A stretch of DNA of 64,000 nt from an uncultured Calditrichaceae bacterium (GTDB lineage: Bacteria; Calditrichota; Calditrichia; Calditrichales; J004). The number at the start of each line of letters is the position of its first letter. Positions within the stretch are counted from its first letter, which is position 1. Below, piece after piece: positions 19,601-29,235 of the stretch. Position numbers and translations under genes: made by a program. The notes beneath the pieces are model-generated. The model was given only the letters and a program-made list of their open reading frames with translations, made no database searches and was not told the DNA's origin. The stretch lies in contig CAYWBI010000004.1 in the NCBI GenBank assembly GCA_964456445.1, forward strand, positions 4,110 to 68,109, given 5' to 3'.

Positions 19601-19664
19601 TTAAAAACACCGGAAACAGTTTCCGGGAGACAGACATGTATTTAATCTCTGTATGGATTTGCAT
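16614..19664 (-). CDS. BNR/Asp-box repeat beta-propeller protein (sortilin/VPS10- or GH74-like 'glycosyl hydrolase, BNR repeat')
   Basis: Signal peptide plus at least 11 Asp-box motifs (S/T-x-D-x-G-x-x-W). Examples: SADGGKSWQ, TTDGGKKWK, SRDGGLSWQ, SEDGGESWK, SVDGGLTWS, TNDGGAHWT. The start could instead be the ATG at 19637. Confidence 0.8.
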   Translation of the reverse strand: MQIHTEIKYMSVSRKLFPVFLTVLLLLSAFAWAEEPLPAMRWRLVGPLRAGWSTSASGITDKPNTFYFGAANGGVWKTVNAGQTWQPLMQQEASASIGALAVAPSNPDIIYAGTGQVTMRYDIASGDGVYRSADGGKSWQNMGLKKTRHIGGILVDPKNAQRVLVGAMGAAFAPNPERGVYLTTDGGKKWKQVLKIDDATGVVDMAWDADNTQIVYAAAWQFRQHPWLDYFQPQEGPGSAIYKSRDGGLSWQRLKGRGLPAGNLGRIGLATPAGSNGQVVYATVAASKGAGFYRSEDGGESWKLLNTDPELSSDYFCRVTIAPDNPKKVYVMARSIHMSDDGGHTFSIIKGSPGGDDYHFMWINPKYPDHLISAADQGTAVSVDGGLTWSSWYNQPTGQFYHVAADDQFPYKIYSGQQDNGTVQIKSRGPYGVIEERDWRPVGGHERDYQLPKPGNPNIVLGSGLGGYISRSNQITREVVNVSPWPISSYGARLDRVKNRYTWITPIAYSPVGKRSLYFGAQQLFRSDDDGDNWQIISPDLSAKKPGAPPCVGNPSQKDARDCGYGVIFTIAPSPIDEKMIWIGTDDGLIHRTSDAGKSWRNVTPAVVKPWGRINAISPSVFDQNVAYAAVDAHRTGDYRPLIIKTNDGGAHWTSISNGLPADQFVLTVRADTKQAGLLFAGTNRGAFVSFDDGGNWQSLQLNLPTTFIRDMQVHGTDLIAGTQGRGIWALDILAPLRQIAEGVKLQTAHLFKPSATWRLRKSNNHDTPPPPETPLGQNPPAGAVIDYWLQDDNPEAVTLTIKDAQGKLIRRFSSADKPQKLTANQYFQDGWIAPEKILSAKAGMHRFVWDLRHPRARSLNYGFKMTAVWHDGTPIGPQGALVLPGDYSVELEAGKKTMRQIFTVKMDPRSTVGIGSLQAQQTMVAEISTMLNSVVDAYHHLKMRLDKVSGMDEKTALKKILLSGKPSLKSLAASLSTLLQTVQGADAAPTAGQKKVFGLYRKQYDTIMQNVKKVE

Positions 19665-20097
19665 AAAATTTTTCCTTTATTTTGAAAGACGTTACCGCTA
19701 AAAATAAGACACTTGTTCAACTTAATATATATTACAGATAAATATCCGGTTTTATCGCAGGCATGTATTTGAACATCAAAAAACCGGGCTTATTCGATGA
19801 AACCTAAATATAGAACCCATTCAAACTTAGTACAAAGGGGGCCACATCTTGATGCACAGGGTGTTGCCACTCACATTATTGTCTATCCTTTTCGTGGGAT
19901 TACACATGTTTAATACCCGATGAAAGACCGTCAATTTTTTCAAAAATACGGGATGTTTAAATCCCCGCAAAGGGGCAATGATACAGGGAGCTTAGACCTG
20001 CCTGCGCGTCACCATTTTCCATCGCTACGGCGGAGCTTTTAATATGACATTTTCCTTACTCTTCCGGGTAAATTATCCGATAACGTTTTCATTAATC

Positions 20098-20637
20098 TTA
20101 TATTAATGCCCGGCAAATAAGCACTGCAGTTAATAAACCGGCGGCATCGGCCATTAAACCTGCGGTTATCGCATAGCGTGTTTTGCGGATACCTACCGCG
20201 CCAAAATATACCGCCACTACATAAAAAGTTGTTTCGGTACTGCCAAACATGGTGGATGCGGTAAAGCCAATCAGCGAATCCGGTCCGTGGGTTTTCATCA
20301 GCTCGGTCATGATCCCCAATGAGCCGCTGCCGGAGAGCGGTCGCATTACCGCCATGGGCAAAAGCTCGGGTGACATACCGATCAAATTAGTAAACGGTGA
20401 TACAATCCAACTTAAAAAATCCAATGCCCCACTGGCCCGGAACATGGCAATGGCCACCAACATGGCCACAAGATAGGGGATAATTTTAACCCCTACATTA
20501 AACCCTTCTTTAGCACCTTCGACAAAAACTTCATACACGGCTACCTTTTTATAACCGCCATAACCGATAAAGAACAAAAGAATGACCGGAATGGCCAGGA
20601 TGGACAACCAGTCGATAATATGTTTAAACAGCTCCAT
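20098..20637 (-). CDS. Nucleoside-recognition (Gate) domain membrane protein, SpmB-like
   Basis: Polytopic membrane protein paired with an SpmA-like gene. Start chosen at MELFKH, which has AAGGAG 8 nt upstream. The track ORF extends to 20673. Confidence 0.65.
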   Translation of the reverse strand: MELFKHIIDWLSILAIPVILLFFIGYGGYKKVAVYEVFVEGAKEGFNVGVKIIPYLVAMLVAIAMFRASGALDFLSWIVSPFTNLIGMSPELLPMAVMRPLSGSGSLGIMTELMKTHGPDSLIGFTASTMFGSTETTFYVVAVYFGAVGIRKTRYAITAGLMADAAGLLTAVLICRALI

Positions 20638-21391
20638 CGATTTTCTCCTTCCCTTTTGATTTCTTCTTTTCAAAATATTGGATGGTTTTTACAGTGCTCA
20701 GACCAACAATGGTGGCCACGGTGGCGGCAATGATCGATGGTACAATAATTTGCTGCGGATTTGCCGAACCAAGTGAGGCCCGAATGGCAATGGCCGTGGC
20801 CGGAATAAGCGTGATGGCGCTGGTGTTGATCACTAAAAAAGTGATCATGTCATTGGAAGCGGTATCTTTGTCTTCGTTCAGCTCCTGAAGTTCGTCCATG
20901 GCTTTTAGACCCAACGGCGTTGCGGCGTTGCTTAGCCCAAGCATATTGGCGGCAATGTTCATCAACATGGCGCCAATTGCCGGATGATCGGTAGGGATGG
21001 TCGGGAACAAACGTTTGGTGACGGGACTTACCAAGCGGGCGAGGATAGCGATCATCCCGGATGCTTCGGCAATTTTCATGATCCCAAGCCAGAGAGCCAT
21101 TACCCCAATCAAACCTATGGCGATATTTACGCCAACATCGGCTGCATTGATTGCCGCTGTGGTAACCCGGCCCAGAGCGGTTGTTTTACTTAACGCTGGG
21201 GTCGCAGGTGCGCCAGGTGAGAATAAGTTCCAGATAACCTGGCCCAATGGAGTCGTTTTGCTCAGTGTTTCCTTTGTTCCCGATTGTTGCGCTTTCTGTG
21301 GGAGGGGATCGAAAAATTCATGTTTAATGTCTGTACCGGCGGCAATAAGCAAACTGCTTACAACCATCCAAAACCAAATTTTATTCAGCAT
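20624..21391 (-). CDS. Nucleoside-recognition (Gate) domain membrane protein, SpmA-like
   Basis: MLNKIWFWMVV... and ...LGLKAMDELQELN... are typical of SpmA-type proteins. It overlaps the downstream SpmB-like gene by 14 nt. Confidence 0.65.
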   Translation of the reverse strand: MLNKIWFWMVVSSLLIAAGTDIKHEFFDPLPQKAQQSGTKETLSKTTPLGQVIWNLFSPGAPATPALSKTTALGRVTTAAINAADVGVNIAIGLIGVMALWLGIMKIAEASGMIAILARLVSPVTKRLFPTIPTDHPAIGAMLMNIAANMLGLSNAATPLGLKAMDELQELNEDKDTASNDMITFLVINTSAITLIPATAIAIRASLGSANPQQIIVPSIIAATVATIVGLSTVKTIQYFEKKKSKGKEKIDGAV

Positions 21392-21643
21392 GGCCCATTC
21401 CTTTTTGAGTAATCAGATTTTTACCAGGAAAGAAAAACCAAAATTTAGTCTGTGCGCACATAGGATTCAACATAGATTTAATTTCCGGCGTGGGACCTTT
21501 AGCTGTCGCTTTGGCCATTTTTTATTTTCGGTCAGTGATGTCTTTTATTTATAAAACGGATCAATAGCCCGGTGATCTATATCACTATCAGCCTTTATCC
21601 AAAGCCCTATATATAAGTTTAGCTGCCTAAACTCAATGGAAAT

Positions 21644-22543
21644 ATGAAAACGGATTTTGTTCGCTTTTTTGGGCTTCGCTGGTATCAACGGTTCTCCGTG
21701 TTTTTTATCCGGATTTTAACGGTTGTATTATCGGTGACTTTTGGCCTTATCTTATACTTTGCAAACCTTGACTATACCCGTTTTGCCCCAACGGTGCACG
21801 AGGAAATAATATCCCGGTTTCAGAACCATATCCTGGAATTGCAGGAGCGCCCGCGGCAACAGGCGCAAACCACGTCCATTACTTCATCGAAAACCAAAGT
21901 TATAACGCCATCATCGGCGATAGGGAAAAGGGAAAATGCTATAAAACGTGCGGAAAATGTCGGTGTATTGAAAGCCTTAAAAACACAAAAAAACTCTACA
22001 GATTTATCCGGTATAAACAATTTAGATAAAGGTCTGTGGGAAAGCGAAGAATTGACCCATATTGAAAAGAAATTTGTTCCCAGCGGTGTTTTTGCAAAGC
22101 AAAGAAATATGCAGCGCGCGCTTTTAGAATCCAACACGGCAGATGAATTAATGGACATTTCCTACGCGCATTCCATAAACCGTAAACGGGCCATATTTAT
22201 CGCGAATACAAAAGATATATTCAAAGAACCGGAGCAGCATTTTGGCTATCGTGATCAAGCGGAAATTTTCCGTGTCATTTACTCCAAACAACCCCTGATC
22301 GAGGCCTGCTATAAAAAGGCCACCCGAAATTATTCGCTCTCCTCCGGCTTTATAAAGGTTGAATTCCAGATTTCCCCAGACGGTCGTGTAATCGGTTCCA
22401 GTATCCGCATCCTGGATTCAAATTTACACAGCCGAATGTTGGAACAATGCATAAAAAAGAACATCCGACGCTGGCGTGATTTTAAAAAACTGGATGACTC
22501 GCGGGGGATTGCCCACGTAGTACATAAGTTTATTTTTTACTAG
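21644..22543 (+). CDS. Membrane-anchored protein with an AgmX/PglI- or TonB-C-like C-terminal domain
   Basis: One N-terminal TM helix. The C-terminal ~90 aa (IEACYKKATRNYSLSSGFIKVEFQISPDGRVIGSSIRILDSN...LEQCIKKNIRRWRDF) has the CY...G.v.v.f.I...G.V...C...i..w.F pattern. Confidence 0.4.
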   Translation: MKTDFVRFFGLRWYQRFSVFFIRILTVVLSVTFGLILYFANLDYTRFAPTVHEEIISRFQNHILELQERPRQQAQTTSITSSKTKVITPSSAIGKRENAIKRAENVGVLKALKTQKNSTDLSGINNLDKGLWESEELTHIEKKFVPSGVFAKQRNMQRALLESNTADELMDISYAHSINRKRAIFIANTKDIFKEPEQHFGYRDQAEIFRVIYSKQPLIEACYKKATRNYSLSSGFIKVEFQISPDGRVIGSSIRILDSNLHSRMLEQCIKKNIRRWRDFKKLDDSRGIAHVVHKFIFY

Positions 22544-23220
22544 TTAGCGGATTTTTTTCTCGGACGTTTGCGCCTTGTTCTAGGTTTTGCAAATTCTGCC
22601 GTTTGCTTTGACATAAGCTTGTCATATACCGCGCGGGTTTGTTTTTCCAGAGCATCCATGCCCGCATTATTTTTTATTAAAAAATCGCCCCAGTCTTTTT
22701 TCTCATCCAAATCGATTTGCTTGGATATCCGTTCATAAAATTGTTCTTTTGTAAGGTTGTCCCGGCTGAGCACACGTTTTTGCCTTTCTTTTAGCGGCGC
22801 CCACACAACCAGCACTTCATCAAAAATCCGTTCGATACTGATCTCGTATATCAAGGCGGCGTCGATGACAATTATCGGGTAACGTCCGGAGAAACGTGCT
22901 TTTTCCATTTCGTCCACCAGGCTTTCCACCATACGCGGGTGCACCAATTGGTTCAGTTTGCGGGTTTGCAGTTCATCCTTAAAAGCCAGTTCGGCAAGAC
23001 GTGCCCGGTTCAGTTTGCCATCCCGATAGAAAATATCATTGCCAAAAACTTTTTGTAAATCTTTCTGTAATACCTTACTATGGCCAATAACAAAGCGGGC
23101 CTTTTCATCCGCGTTTATTACCTTGCAGCCCCAATCGGCAAAGAATTTACAAACCGTGGACTGCCCGCTGCCCATTCCGCCGGTTACACCGAGAATTATT
23201 GGATTTTTATATTTTTTCAT
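22540..23220 (-). CDS. coaE: Dephospho-CoA kinase with a basic C-terminal tail
   Basis: The P-loop ILGVTGGMGSGQSTV sits at the N-terminus and the CoaE layout continues through ...VVWAPLKERQKRVLSRD. The last ~25 aa are Lys/Arg-rich. Confidence 0.85.
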   Translation of the reverse strand: MKKYKNPIILGVTGGMGSGQSTVCKFFADWGCKVINADEKARFVIGHSKVLQKDLQKVFGNDIFYRDGKLNRARLAELAFKDELQTRKLNQLVHPRMVESLVDEMEKARFSGRYPIIVIDAALIYEISIERIFDEVLVVWAPLKERQKRVLSRDNLTKEQFYERISKQIDLDEKKDWGDFLIKNNAGMDALEKQTRAVYDKLMSKQTAEFAKPRTRRKRPRKKSAN

Positions 23221-23223
23221 ATT

Positions 23224-26200
23224 TTACCTGACTAATACTATTTTACCTTGTTTGTTTGATTTATCATTACGTACATCGTATAAATACACACCTGTTTCGA
23301 TTTTTTGATTTCCGTCCGTGGTCAAATCCCAGCTTATACCGCCATACTCCGGTACGCCTTGCAATGTTTTTATTTTACGACCGTTCAAATTATAGATGGT
23401 AATGGTGACCGGCCCATCGATATGTGCGAAGACCAGCTTTTCGTCATCCGGTTTCACCGGCTGCGGATAGATAAATAAATTGTCCAATCCACTTTCTTTA
23501 CGGTTTAGCGAAAGCAGCTCATCATCTTCCATTGCCGCCCCTGCAGCACTATGCAAACCGGATATGCGCAGATAGACCGGGATCCCACTCCCGCCGAGTG
23601 GCACATTGACCTTAAAGCTGACCTGAACGGATTTTTGCGAACCATCCACAAGCACTAACGTGGCAATATCCCCTGCCGGTTCAAGCGAATAATACTTTGG
23701 ATCGGTCAATTCCGAAACGGTCATGGGCTGGCTAAAATCCACGCGCAGGGTACGATCCGCGGCCCAACTTCGTTTTTGTATATAAGGTGCGTCGGGAGAA
23801 ACGCTATATCGAATGGCCACACGCTTATCCGACGGTACAACCGGTACACCCGTTTGACCATAAAGATTGCTAAAGATCAGTGTGTCTCCAAGACTAGGGG
23901 CAAAGGGCAGCGAAAAAGTGGTCAACAGGGAAAAACCTCTACTTCCGGTCAACAGGGAGCTGGCCTGCTCGCCATCCGATTGCCGGATAGCGTTTGGCTT
24001 GTGCCGCGGACTTAACGTCAGCTTTTGATCGAAACGCAAGAGACATTGCCGGTCATTCTGAAAACGGATATCCACGAGACGGGGCGGCGCTGCACCGGTA
24101 ACTGAATCCAGGTTGCTAAAATAGCTATTGGAAAGTACAAAGGATGAATCCACCGCGAGAACACGGTAATAATATTTCCGGTCCACGAAGGACAAAGTAT
24201 CCGTAAAAGAGGGTTGGTCGGTACGGGCATAATCGGAAAGTTCATTTGCTTTGCGGCCACGATAAACATGGTAAACGGGCGCGGCACCCTGCCAACTGAG
24301 CGAAACGGTTACAGAATCCAGCATTTCCGATGTTAATAAACGGGGCGGGACCGGACGATCGCCACGTTGCAGGCTGTAACCTACAATCGCATGGCCATTG
24401 TTATAATAAAACTCATCAAAGCCATCATTATCCATATCGGATACAACAACCGTATTGGAACGGGCGTTTGCATCGCTGAAAACCGGTTGCCATCCGGCAC
24501 TCCCCCGTTTAAAAAGATAGAGGTTAGGAAAAAAGGTAGCAAAAAGAAGGGACATGGAATCCAGGCGCGAAAAGATCAGGCCACTGTCAAAATCCCGTGT
24601 GGATGCATAGCCAAATGTGTTGCTTGTATCCAGCGAGAGCAAATTGTTTTGTTTTAGCCCATGGGATTCTATGGACCAAAAACGGGCGTCGAACTCATGT
24701 TCAAAATTCTGGTTTTCCGAGGTATGAGTGGCGGTTATCAGTTTGTTGCCATCGCTGGTAAACAATTCCGTGGCATTGTCATGCCAGGTATGCCCTGTGG
24801 CTTTAAGGGCAAGCGTGTTATCGCCAACACCCACATAGGCGATCAGATCGCCGTCATAATCACCATAAACCAGTTCTTTTTTTCCGTCGCCGTCAAAATC
24901 AATTATTTGGATTTTTGGCACACCCAGGCGATTTGCCCCCTGCGTGGGATTTTCCAGCACCGCTGTTTCTGCAAAACGGTTAGAACTGCGGCTTTCCAGT
25001 AAGCGATAGGTATTGTCCTTATAACCGGCAATTTCTTTTATACCGTCATTATCACCGTCGGTATAGGCCGCGGCCCAAAACCCGCTGCTATCCTGCCAGA
25101 TAAGTTGGGTGGGGAAGCTATCCGGGTCGCCGGACTCAAACAAAAATGAGTATTGCCCAAAGCCAAGCAAAAGATCGCTCTTCCCATCGCCGTCCACATC
25201 GCCTGCATCCCTCGGGATGGCCCTAAATCCGGTTCGCAGCCTTAACTGGAAGACGCCGTTTTCAAATTCATATATTTCGATCGGGCCAAAGGCATTGTTC
25301 TCGTCATAGCGGCTGATAATAATTTCCTTATGACCATCATGGTCCAAATCGGTTGCCTTGCTGAGCATATAACCGGCGGGGAGCGACCATTCCACTTGTT
25401 GAAAGCTAAACATTTCGGTTGAACTTTGAAGTGTAAAATGATACAAGGCGCCCTGGTTATTATCCACTGACGTCAAACCACCAAGGTTACGCGCTTCGAT
25501 GAAAAAAGTAAAGTCCCCGTCAAAATCGGCTCTGTCCACTTTGATGCGGTGGTTTTGAGTTTCGTAGGAATCACCAACCAGCAAAAAATCATCCGTACTG
25601 CCTGTCTTACGTATTTTAAGATGGGCGGTACAGATATCATCGGTATGGAACGTAATTAGCATGGCCTTATCCGGGCCATCTATCAGGGGAATTAGATTGA
25701 CGTCACTAATTTGTGGCGGGGTTTGGTCCTTATGAAAGGTTACACGCGTTTGTTCGTTTGTGCCATCGGTCAATTCCATGATCAGGCGCAGGGTCAGAGT
25801 CGTATCCGGATAGGCGTTTAATGGTATTGTGCTGATGGTTTCGTGCTGGTATTGCCTGTCCCTGGGCCCACCAACCGCGATAAACTCTGTTGGCTTTTTT
25901 CCAACGCCAATAGCAAGTGTGGTTTGCAGGAGTTGGGGGTGTTGGGCCGATATCATAACTTTTAGGCTGTCGCCGGCAAAACTCTCCCCGTCCAGGGGGC
26001 GTTCAAAAGTCAGGTTCCCGCCATAAGGAACATCCAGGGCCCGGCCAATATCCAAACGACCGGCGGCGGAGAAGATATCCCAGCCCTGTAGCAGGATATC
26101 CGTTGAACTTGTTTTTAAAAGACTGCGGATTTCATTTGGTGTGGCCAATGGGTTTTTGGAGAGCAATAGGGCCGCGGCCGCGGAGACCATAGGGGCCGAA

Positions 26201-27345
26201 AAAGAGGTGCCGTCCACGGTATTATACCCATTGCCGACGGCGGTTGACAAAATATCCCTTCCCGGGGCCACCAGGTCCAGGGTATTTCCATAACTGGAAA
26301 AACCCGCCAGCCCATCGTCGGAGGTGCTGGCGCCAACCGAAATTGTCTCGGGCAAACCCGATGGGAAATGCACATTGTCGTCGCCGCTGTTCCCGGATGA
26401 GGCCACCATAACCATCCCCTTATCGGCGGCATAGTGGATCACATCTTTTAAAAAACGTGAGAGCACCACATCGCCAAAACTCATATTTAGCACACGCGCA
26501 CCGTTATCCAGCGCATACAAGATAGCCCGGGCCACATCATCTTCCTCAAGATAACCACTGGCGGTCCCGGCGCGTAAAACCATCACACGGCAGCCAGGCG
26601 CGATACCGCTGCCACCGCTTGTGTTATTATTTTGGGCGGATATGATCCCGGCAACCTGGGTACCATGCCCGGAACCAAACTCATCCATTGGGTCGTTGTC
26701 CGGGTCTTTATAATCACCACCATCCGCAAAACGCGGGGCGTCGGTAAAATCCCAACCAAACACATCATCGATATAACCGTTGCCGTCGTCATCGATCCCA
26801 TTGTTGTCCTCCGGGTCTAAACGGCCATTATGATTTATATCCTCGGGCGTGTTGATCCACAACCCGGCCCGCAGATCATCATGTTTATAGTCCACACCGG
26901 TATCAATAACCCCAACGATAATCGATGGATCACCCTGTGTGTGTGCCCAGGCCGCGCCAACATTTATCTTATCGAGGAACCATTGACGCCCGATTAGGGA
27001 ATCGTTTCCTGAAACATTTAGCTTAAAATATCCGACCGGTTCAAAGGCATCCACGGTCCCGGCGGCGCTTAACCGGGCGGCCACCTGTTTCGCAGATGAA
27101 CCCGAAAGCATCAGCCACTCACTCAGGCCGGGTTTTTCCTTCAGGTGCATTTCAATTTCATCAAAATGGAAGCTGGTATCCGGGGGGCCTTTTTGCATCA
27201 ATGTTTCCAACCGTCCGGCAAGTAGGTTTGCGCGCTGCTTACTGGATGCCGGGCTAAGATGAACAAAATAGTCCCCTGCCTGGGCGCTGACGGCCAAAAG
27301 CAGAAAAAGGATGCCATATTTACACATGATTTTGTATGTGGTCAT
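23224..27345 (-). CDS. Secreted S8 (subtilisin-family) serine peptidase with FG-GAP/VCBS-like repeats and a T9SS C-terminal sorting domain
   Basis: Signal peptide. Catalytic triad contexts are VGVIDTGVD (D148), GSGHGTQVAG (H227) and DGTSFSAPMV (S381). Repeated D-x-D-x-DG-x-x-E/D calcium-loop motifs follow (DLDHDGHKE, GDVDGDGKSD, IDFDGDGKKE, SDMDNDGFDE). The C-terminus is ...TIYNLNGRKI...GVYLYDV...IVLVR. Confidence 0.85.
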   Translation of the reverse strand: MTTYKIMCKYGILFLLLAVSAQAGDYFVHLSPASSKQRANLLAGRLETLMQKGPPDTSFHFDEIEMHLKEKPGLSEWLMLSGSSAKQVAARLSAAGTVDAFEPVGYFKLNVSGNDSLIGRQWFLDKINVGAAWAHTQGDPSIIVGVIDTGVDYKHDDLRAGLWINTPEDINHNGRLDPEDNNGIDDDGNGYIDDVFGWDFTDAPRFADGGDYKDPDNDPMDEFGSGHGTQVAGIISAQNNNTSGGSGIAPGCRVMVLRAGTASGYLEEDDVARAILYALDNGARVLNMSFGDVVLSRFLKDVIHYAADKGMVMVASSGNSGDDNVHFPSGLPETISVGASTSDDGLAGFSSYGNTLDLVAPGRDILSTAVGNGYNTVDGTSFSAPMVSAAAALLLSKNPLATPNEIRSLLKTSSTDILLQGWDIFSAAGRLDIGRALDVPYGGNLTFERPLDGESFAGDSLKVMISAQHPQLLQTTLAIGVGKKPTEFIAVGGPRDRQYQHETISTIPLNAYPDTTLTLRLIMELTDGTNEQTRVTFHKDQTPPQISDVNLIPLIDGPDKAMLITFHTDDICTAHLKIRKTGSTDDFLLVGDSYETQNHRIKVDRADFDGDFTFFIEARNLGGLTSVDNNQGALYHFTLQSSTEMFSFQQVEWSLPAGYMLSKATDLDHDGHKEIIISRYDENNAFGPIEIYEFENGVFQLRLRTGFRAIPRDAGDVDGDGKSDLLLGFGQYSFLFESGDPDSFPTQLIWQDSSGFWAAAYTDGDNDGIKEIAGYKDNTYRLLESRSSNRFAETAVLENPTQGANRLGVPKIQIIDFDGDGKKELVYGDYDGDLIAYVGVGDNTLALKATGHTWHDNATELFTSDGNKLITATHTSENQNFEHEFDARFWSIESHGLKQNNLLSLDTSNTFGYASTRDFDSGLIFSRLDSMSLLFATFFPNLYLFKRGSAGWQPVFSDANARSNTVVVSDMDNDGFDEFYYNNGHAIVGYSLQRGDRPVPPRLLTSEMLDSVTVSLSWQGAAPVYHVYRGRKANELSDYARTDQPSFTDTLSFVDRKYYYRVLAVDSSFVLSNSYFSNLDSVTGAAPPRLVDIRFQNDRQCLLRFDQKLTLSPRHKPNAIRQSDGEQASSLLTGSRGFSLLTTFSLPFAPSLGDTLIFSNLYGQTGVPVVPSDKRVAIRYSVSPDAPYIQKRSWAADRTLRVDFSQPMTVSELTDPKYYSLEPAGDIATLVLVDGSQKSVQVSFKVNVPLGGSGIPVYLRISGLHSAAGAAMEDDELLSLNRKESGLDNLFIYPQPVKPDDEKLVFAHIDGPVTITIYNLNGRKIKTLQGVPEYGGISWDLTTDGNQKIETGVYLYDVRNDKSNKQGKIVLVR

Positions 27346-28727
27346 GCTTTGGTAGCTTGCAGGAATTTATCCAAAAAGATTATTTTTTTTGCAAACTTCG
27401 GATTCCCGGGCTCACGTTGCACCAACTGGCTGAACACATGCCGCGCTTCGGTAAACTTTCGTTGGGCGATAAGAATTTCCCCAAACGTCGGTGTTACTAA
27501 ATTGGGGTTCTTCATAAGTTTTTCGATGGTAACTTCTTCGTTATCTTCCCGGGAGACCACAGGAGCGGCCGGTTCAAATTTTTCCACATCGATGGGCTCA
27601 ACCCCTTGCCAGGATTTGTCTTCGGTTGGTTTTTCAACAACCGGGGGCGGGGTTTCTTCCAAACTGTTTTTCTCATCGATTGTTTCAATGTCAGGCCCCG
27701 GTTCTTCTTTTTCATCGGAGAGGATAGAAAAGTCGATCTCGTCGTCAGCGGATGACAGCTCTTCCAATAAATGTTGTGTTTCGTCCATTTCATTTTTATT
27801 GCCGGCCGGTATTTCTTCGATTTCTGCGGGAGGAGACTGTTCGTCCTCGATGATCAGATCATCCACTTCCAGCCATTCATCCTGTTCCAGTGGGTCTTCG
27901 GATGCATTAGCGTCCATGGGCGCTTCATCCAGATAACCCTCCATAAAATTGGAAAAATCCGTATCCGTTTTGGCATAGGAACTTAAATCGATATTTTTAG
28001 GTTTTTCCTCATCGTCCTCGAGCGGTATTTCATCAAGGTTCGCTTCTCCGGCTAAGGGATCAAAGCGGTCGGCCGGATCAAGCTCAGTTGGCGGAGCGGC
28101 TTCTTCATCAAAAAATGTGGCCATATCTTCTTTATCTTCATTTTGAGGGGTATCTTCAAACCCGAGCGGCATGGACTCAGGTAAATCCAACGGTGGAAAA
28201 TCTTCAACGGGCCCGGCTTCGTGCATATCGACATCTGTGGCCGTTTCATCGAGATCCAATTCCCGGGGAACGGTTTGTTCCGTTTCGGTTATTTCTTCAC
28301 TCACAAAAGAAGAGGTACCGGCAAAACGATCATAAACATGCAAATCTTTTAATTGTTCGATCAATTTTTCATCCTGCGGATTATACAATGCTTGTTTTAA
28401 CAACCAGTCGTTGGAAATCCCGCTAAAACCGGAAGTGCGCGCCATATCCGCCAAATGATGCATGGCGCTTGTATGGCCCGGTTCAAAAAAAAGCGTACGT
28501 TCAAATTCATCCCTGGCGTTATCATACTGTTTTAATGCGTAGTAGCACAACCCAAGGACAAAGTGCCCCTGGCCATGAAAGGGGAAACGTTTCACCCCGG
28601 CTTCGCAAAGATGCAAAGCTTTTTCGGGTTCGCCTTCTTTAAGAAGACGGGAGGCTTTGCCCGCAAACAGTAAAAAATCTTTATTGATCATATCTGACAT
28701 AGTTCTACTCCGCTTACCAACCGCCAA
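27342..28727 (-). CDS. TPR protein with a ~250-aa strongly acidic low-complexity centre
   Basis: N-terminal TPR-like helices (GQGHFVLGLCYYALKQYDNARDEFERTLFFEPGH). The central region is D/E/P-rich. The C-terminus has one TPR-like unit (FGEILIAQRKFTEARHVFSQLVQREPGNP). It shares a 4-nt ATGA overlap with the S8 peptidase gene. Confidence 0.6.
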   Translation of the reverse strand: MAVGKRSRTMSDMINKDFLLFAGKASRLLKEGEPEKALHLCEAGVKRFPFHGQGHFVLGLCYYALKQYDNARDEFERTLFFEPGHTSAMHHLADMARTSGFSGISNDWLLKQALYNPQDEKLIEQLKDLHVYDRFAGTSSFVSEEITETEQTVPRELDLDETATDVDMHEAGPVEDFPPLDLPESMPLGFEDTPQNEDKEDMATFFDEEAAPPTELDPADRFDPLAGEANLDEIPLEDDEEKPKNIDLSSYAKTDTDFSNFMEGYLDEAPMDANASEDPLEQDEWLEVDDLIIEDEQSPPAEIEEIPAGNKNEMDETQHLLEELSSADDEIDFSILSDEKEEPGPDIETIDEKNSLEETPPPVVEKPTEDKSWQGVEPIDVEKFEPAAPVVSREDNEEVTIEKLMKNPNLVTPTFGEILIAQRKFTEARHVFSQLVQREPGNPKFAKKIIFLDKFLQATKA

Positions 28728-29235
28728 GGGTCGTATTTAAAATATCTTCCGTAAGCTGTGCAACGGCTTCATCGATAGCCTGGTCCACTTCCTGCTGACC
28801 ACCGCTTCCGGAAAGAATACCGTGTTTTACAAAACTTTTATCATAAAGTTTTTTAGAAGTTCGAACATCTTCGCAAGAGACTTTTAAGATAACGTTTAAA
28901 TTATATTCGGCAACCGTTTCGCCGGGCTTAACTGCCAGGGCTTTTTTCTGAATAGATTGAACGGTTCCACTTATAATCAGGTCTGCTTTGCTATTATCAA
29001 CCACCAGAAGTGTATTATCCTCGACAAATGCTTCGATCAGCGCGTCGGTTACCTTTTCCCTTATATCCGGATAGCCGCTCTTGTCATTAAACAAGGGAAT
29101 GGCAATCGATTTTAAATGGGATGGTAACGCCCCCTTAAACGAATAATAACCGCAACTTCCCAAAAACAATATGAGAAGCGCAGATACGATGAGATAGGCG
29201 ATGGTTGAACGCCAGTGGCGCATCCTATAATCCAT
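28714..29235 (-). CDS. lptE: LptE-family outer-membrane lipoprotein
   Basis: Lipobox LFLGSC, then GYYSFKGALPSHLKSIAIPLFNDKSGYPDIREKVTDALIEAF...ADLIISGTVQSI. This is the pattern of FCB-type LptE proteins. Confidence 0.6.
   Translation of the reverse strand: MDYRMRHWRSTIAYLIVSALLILFLGSCGYYSFKGALPSHLKSIAIPLFNDKSGYPDIREKVTDALIEAFVEDNTLLVVDNSKADLIISGTVQSIQKKALAVKPGETVAEYNLNVILKVSCEDVRTSKKLYDKSFVKHGILSGSGGQQEVDQAIDEAVAQLTEDILNTTLGGW

Noticed and set aside
27259-27936. A 225-aa Ser-rich plus-strand ORF.
   Set aside because: It is the antisense reading of the D/E-rich codon run in the TPR/acidic protein gene, so it is a compositional artefact.
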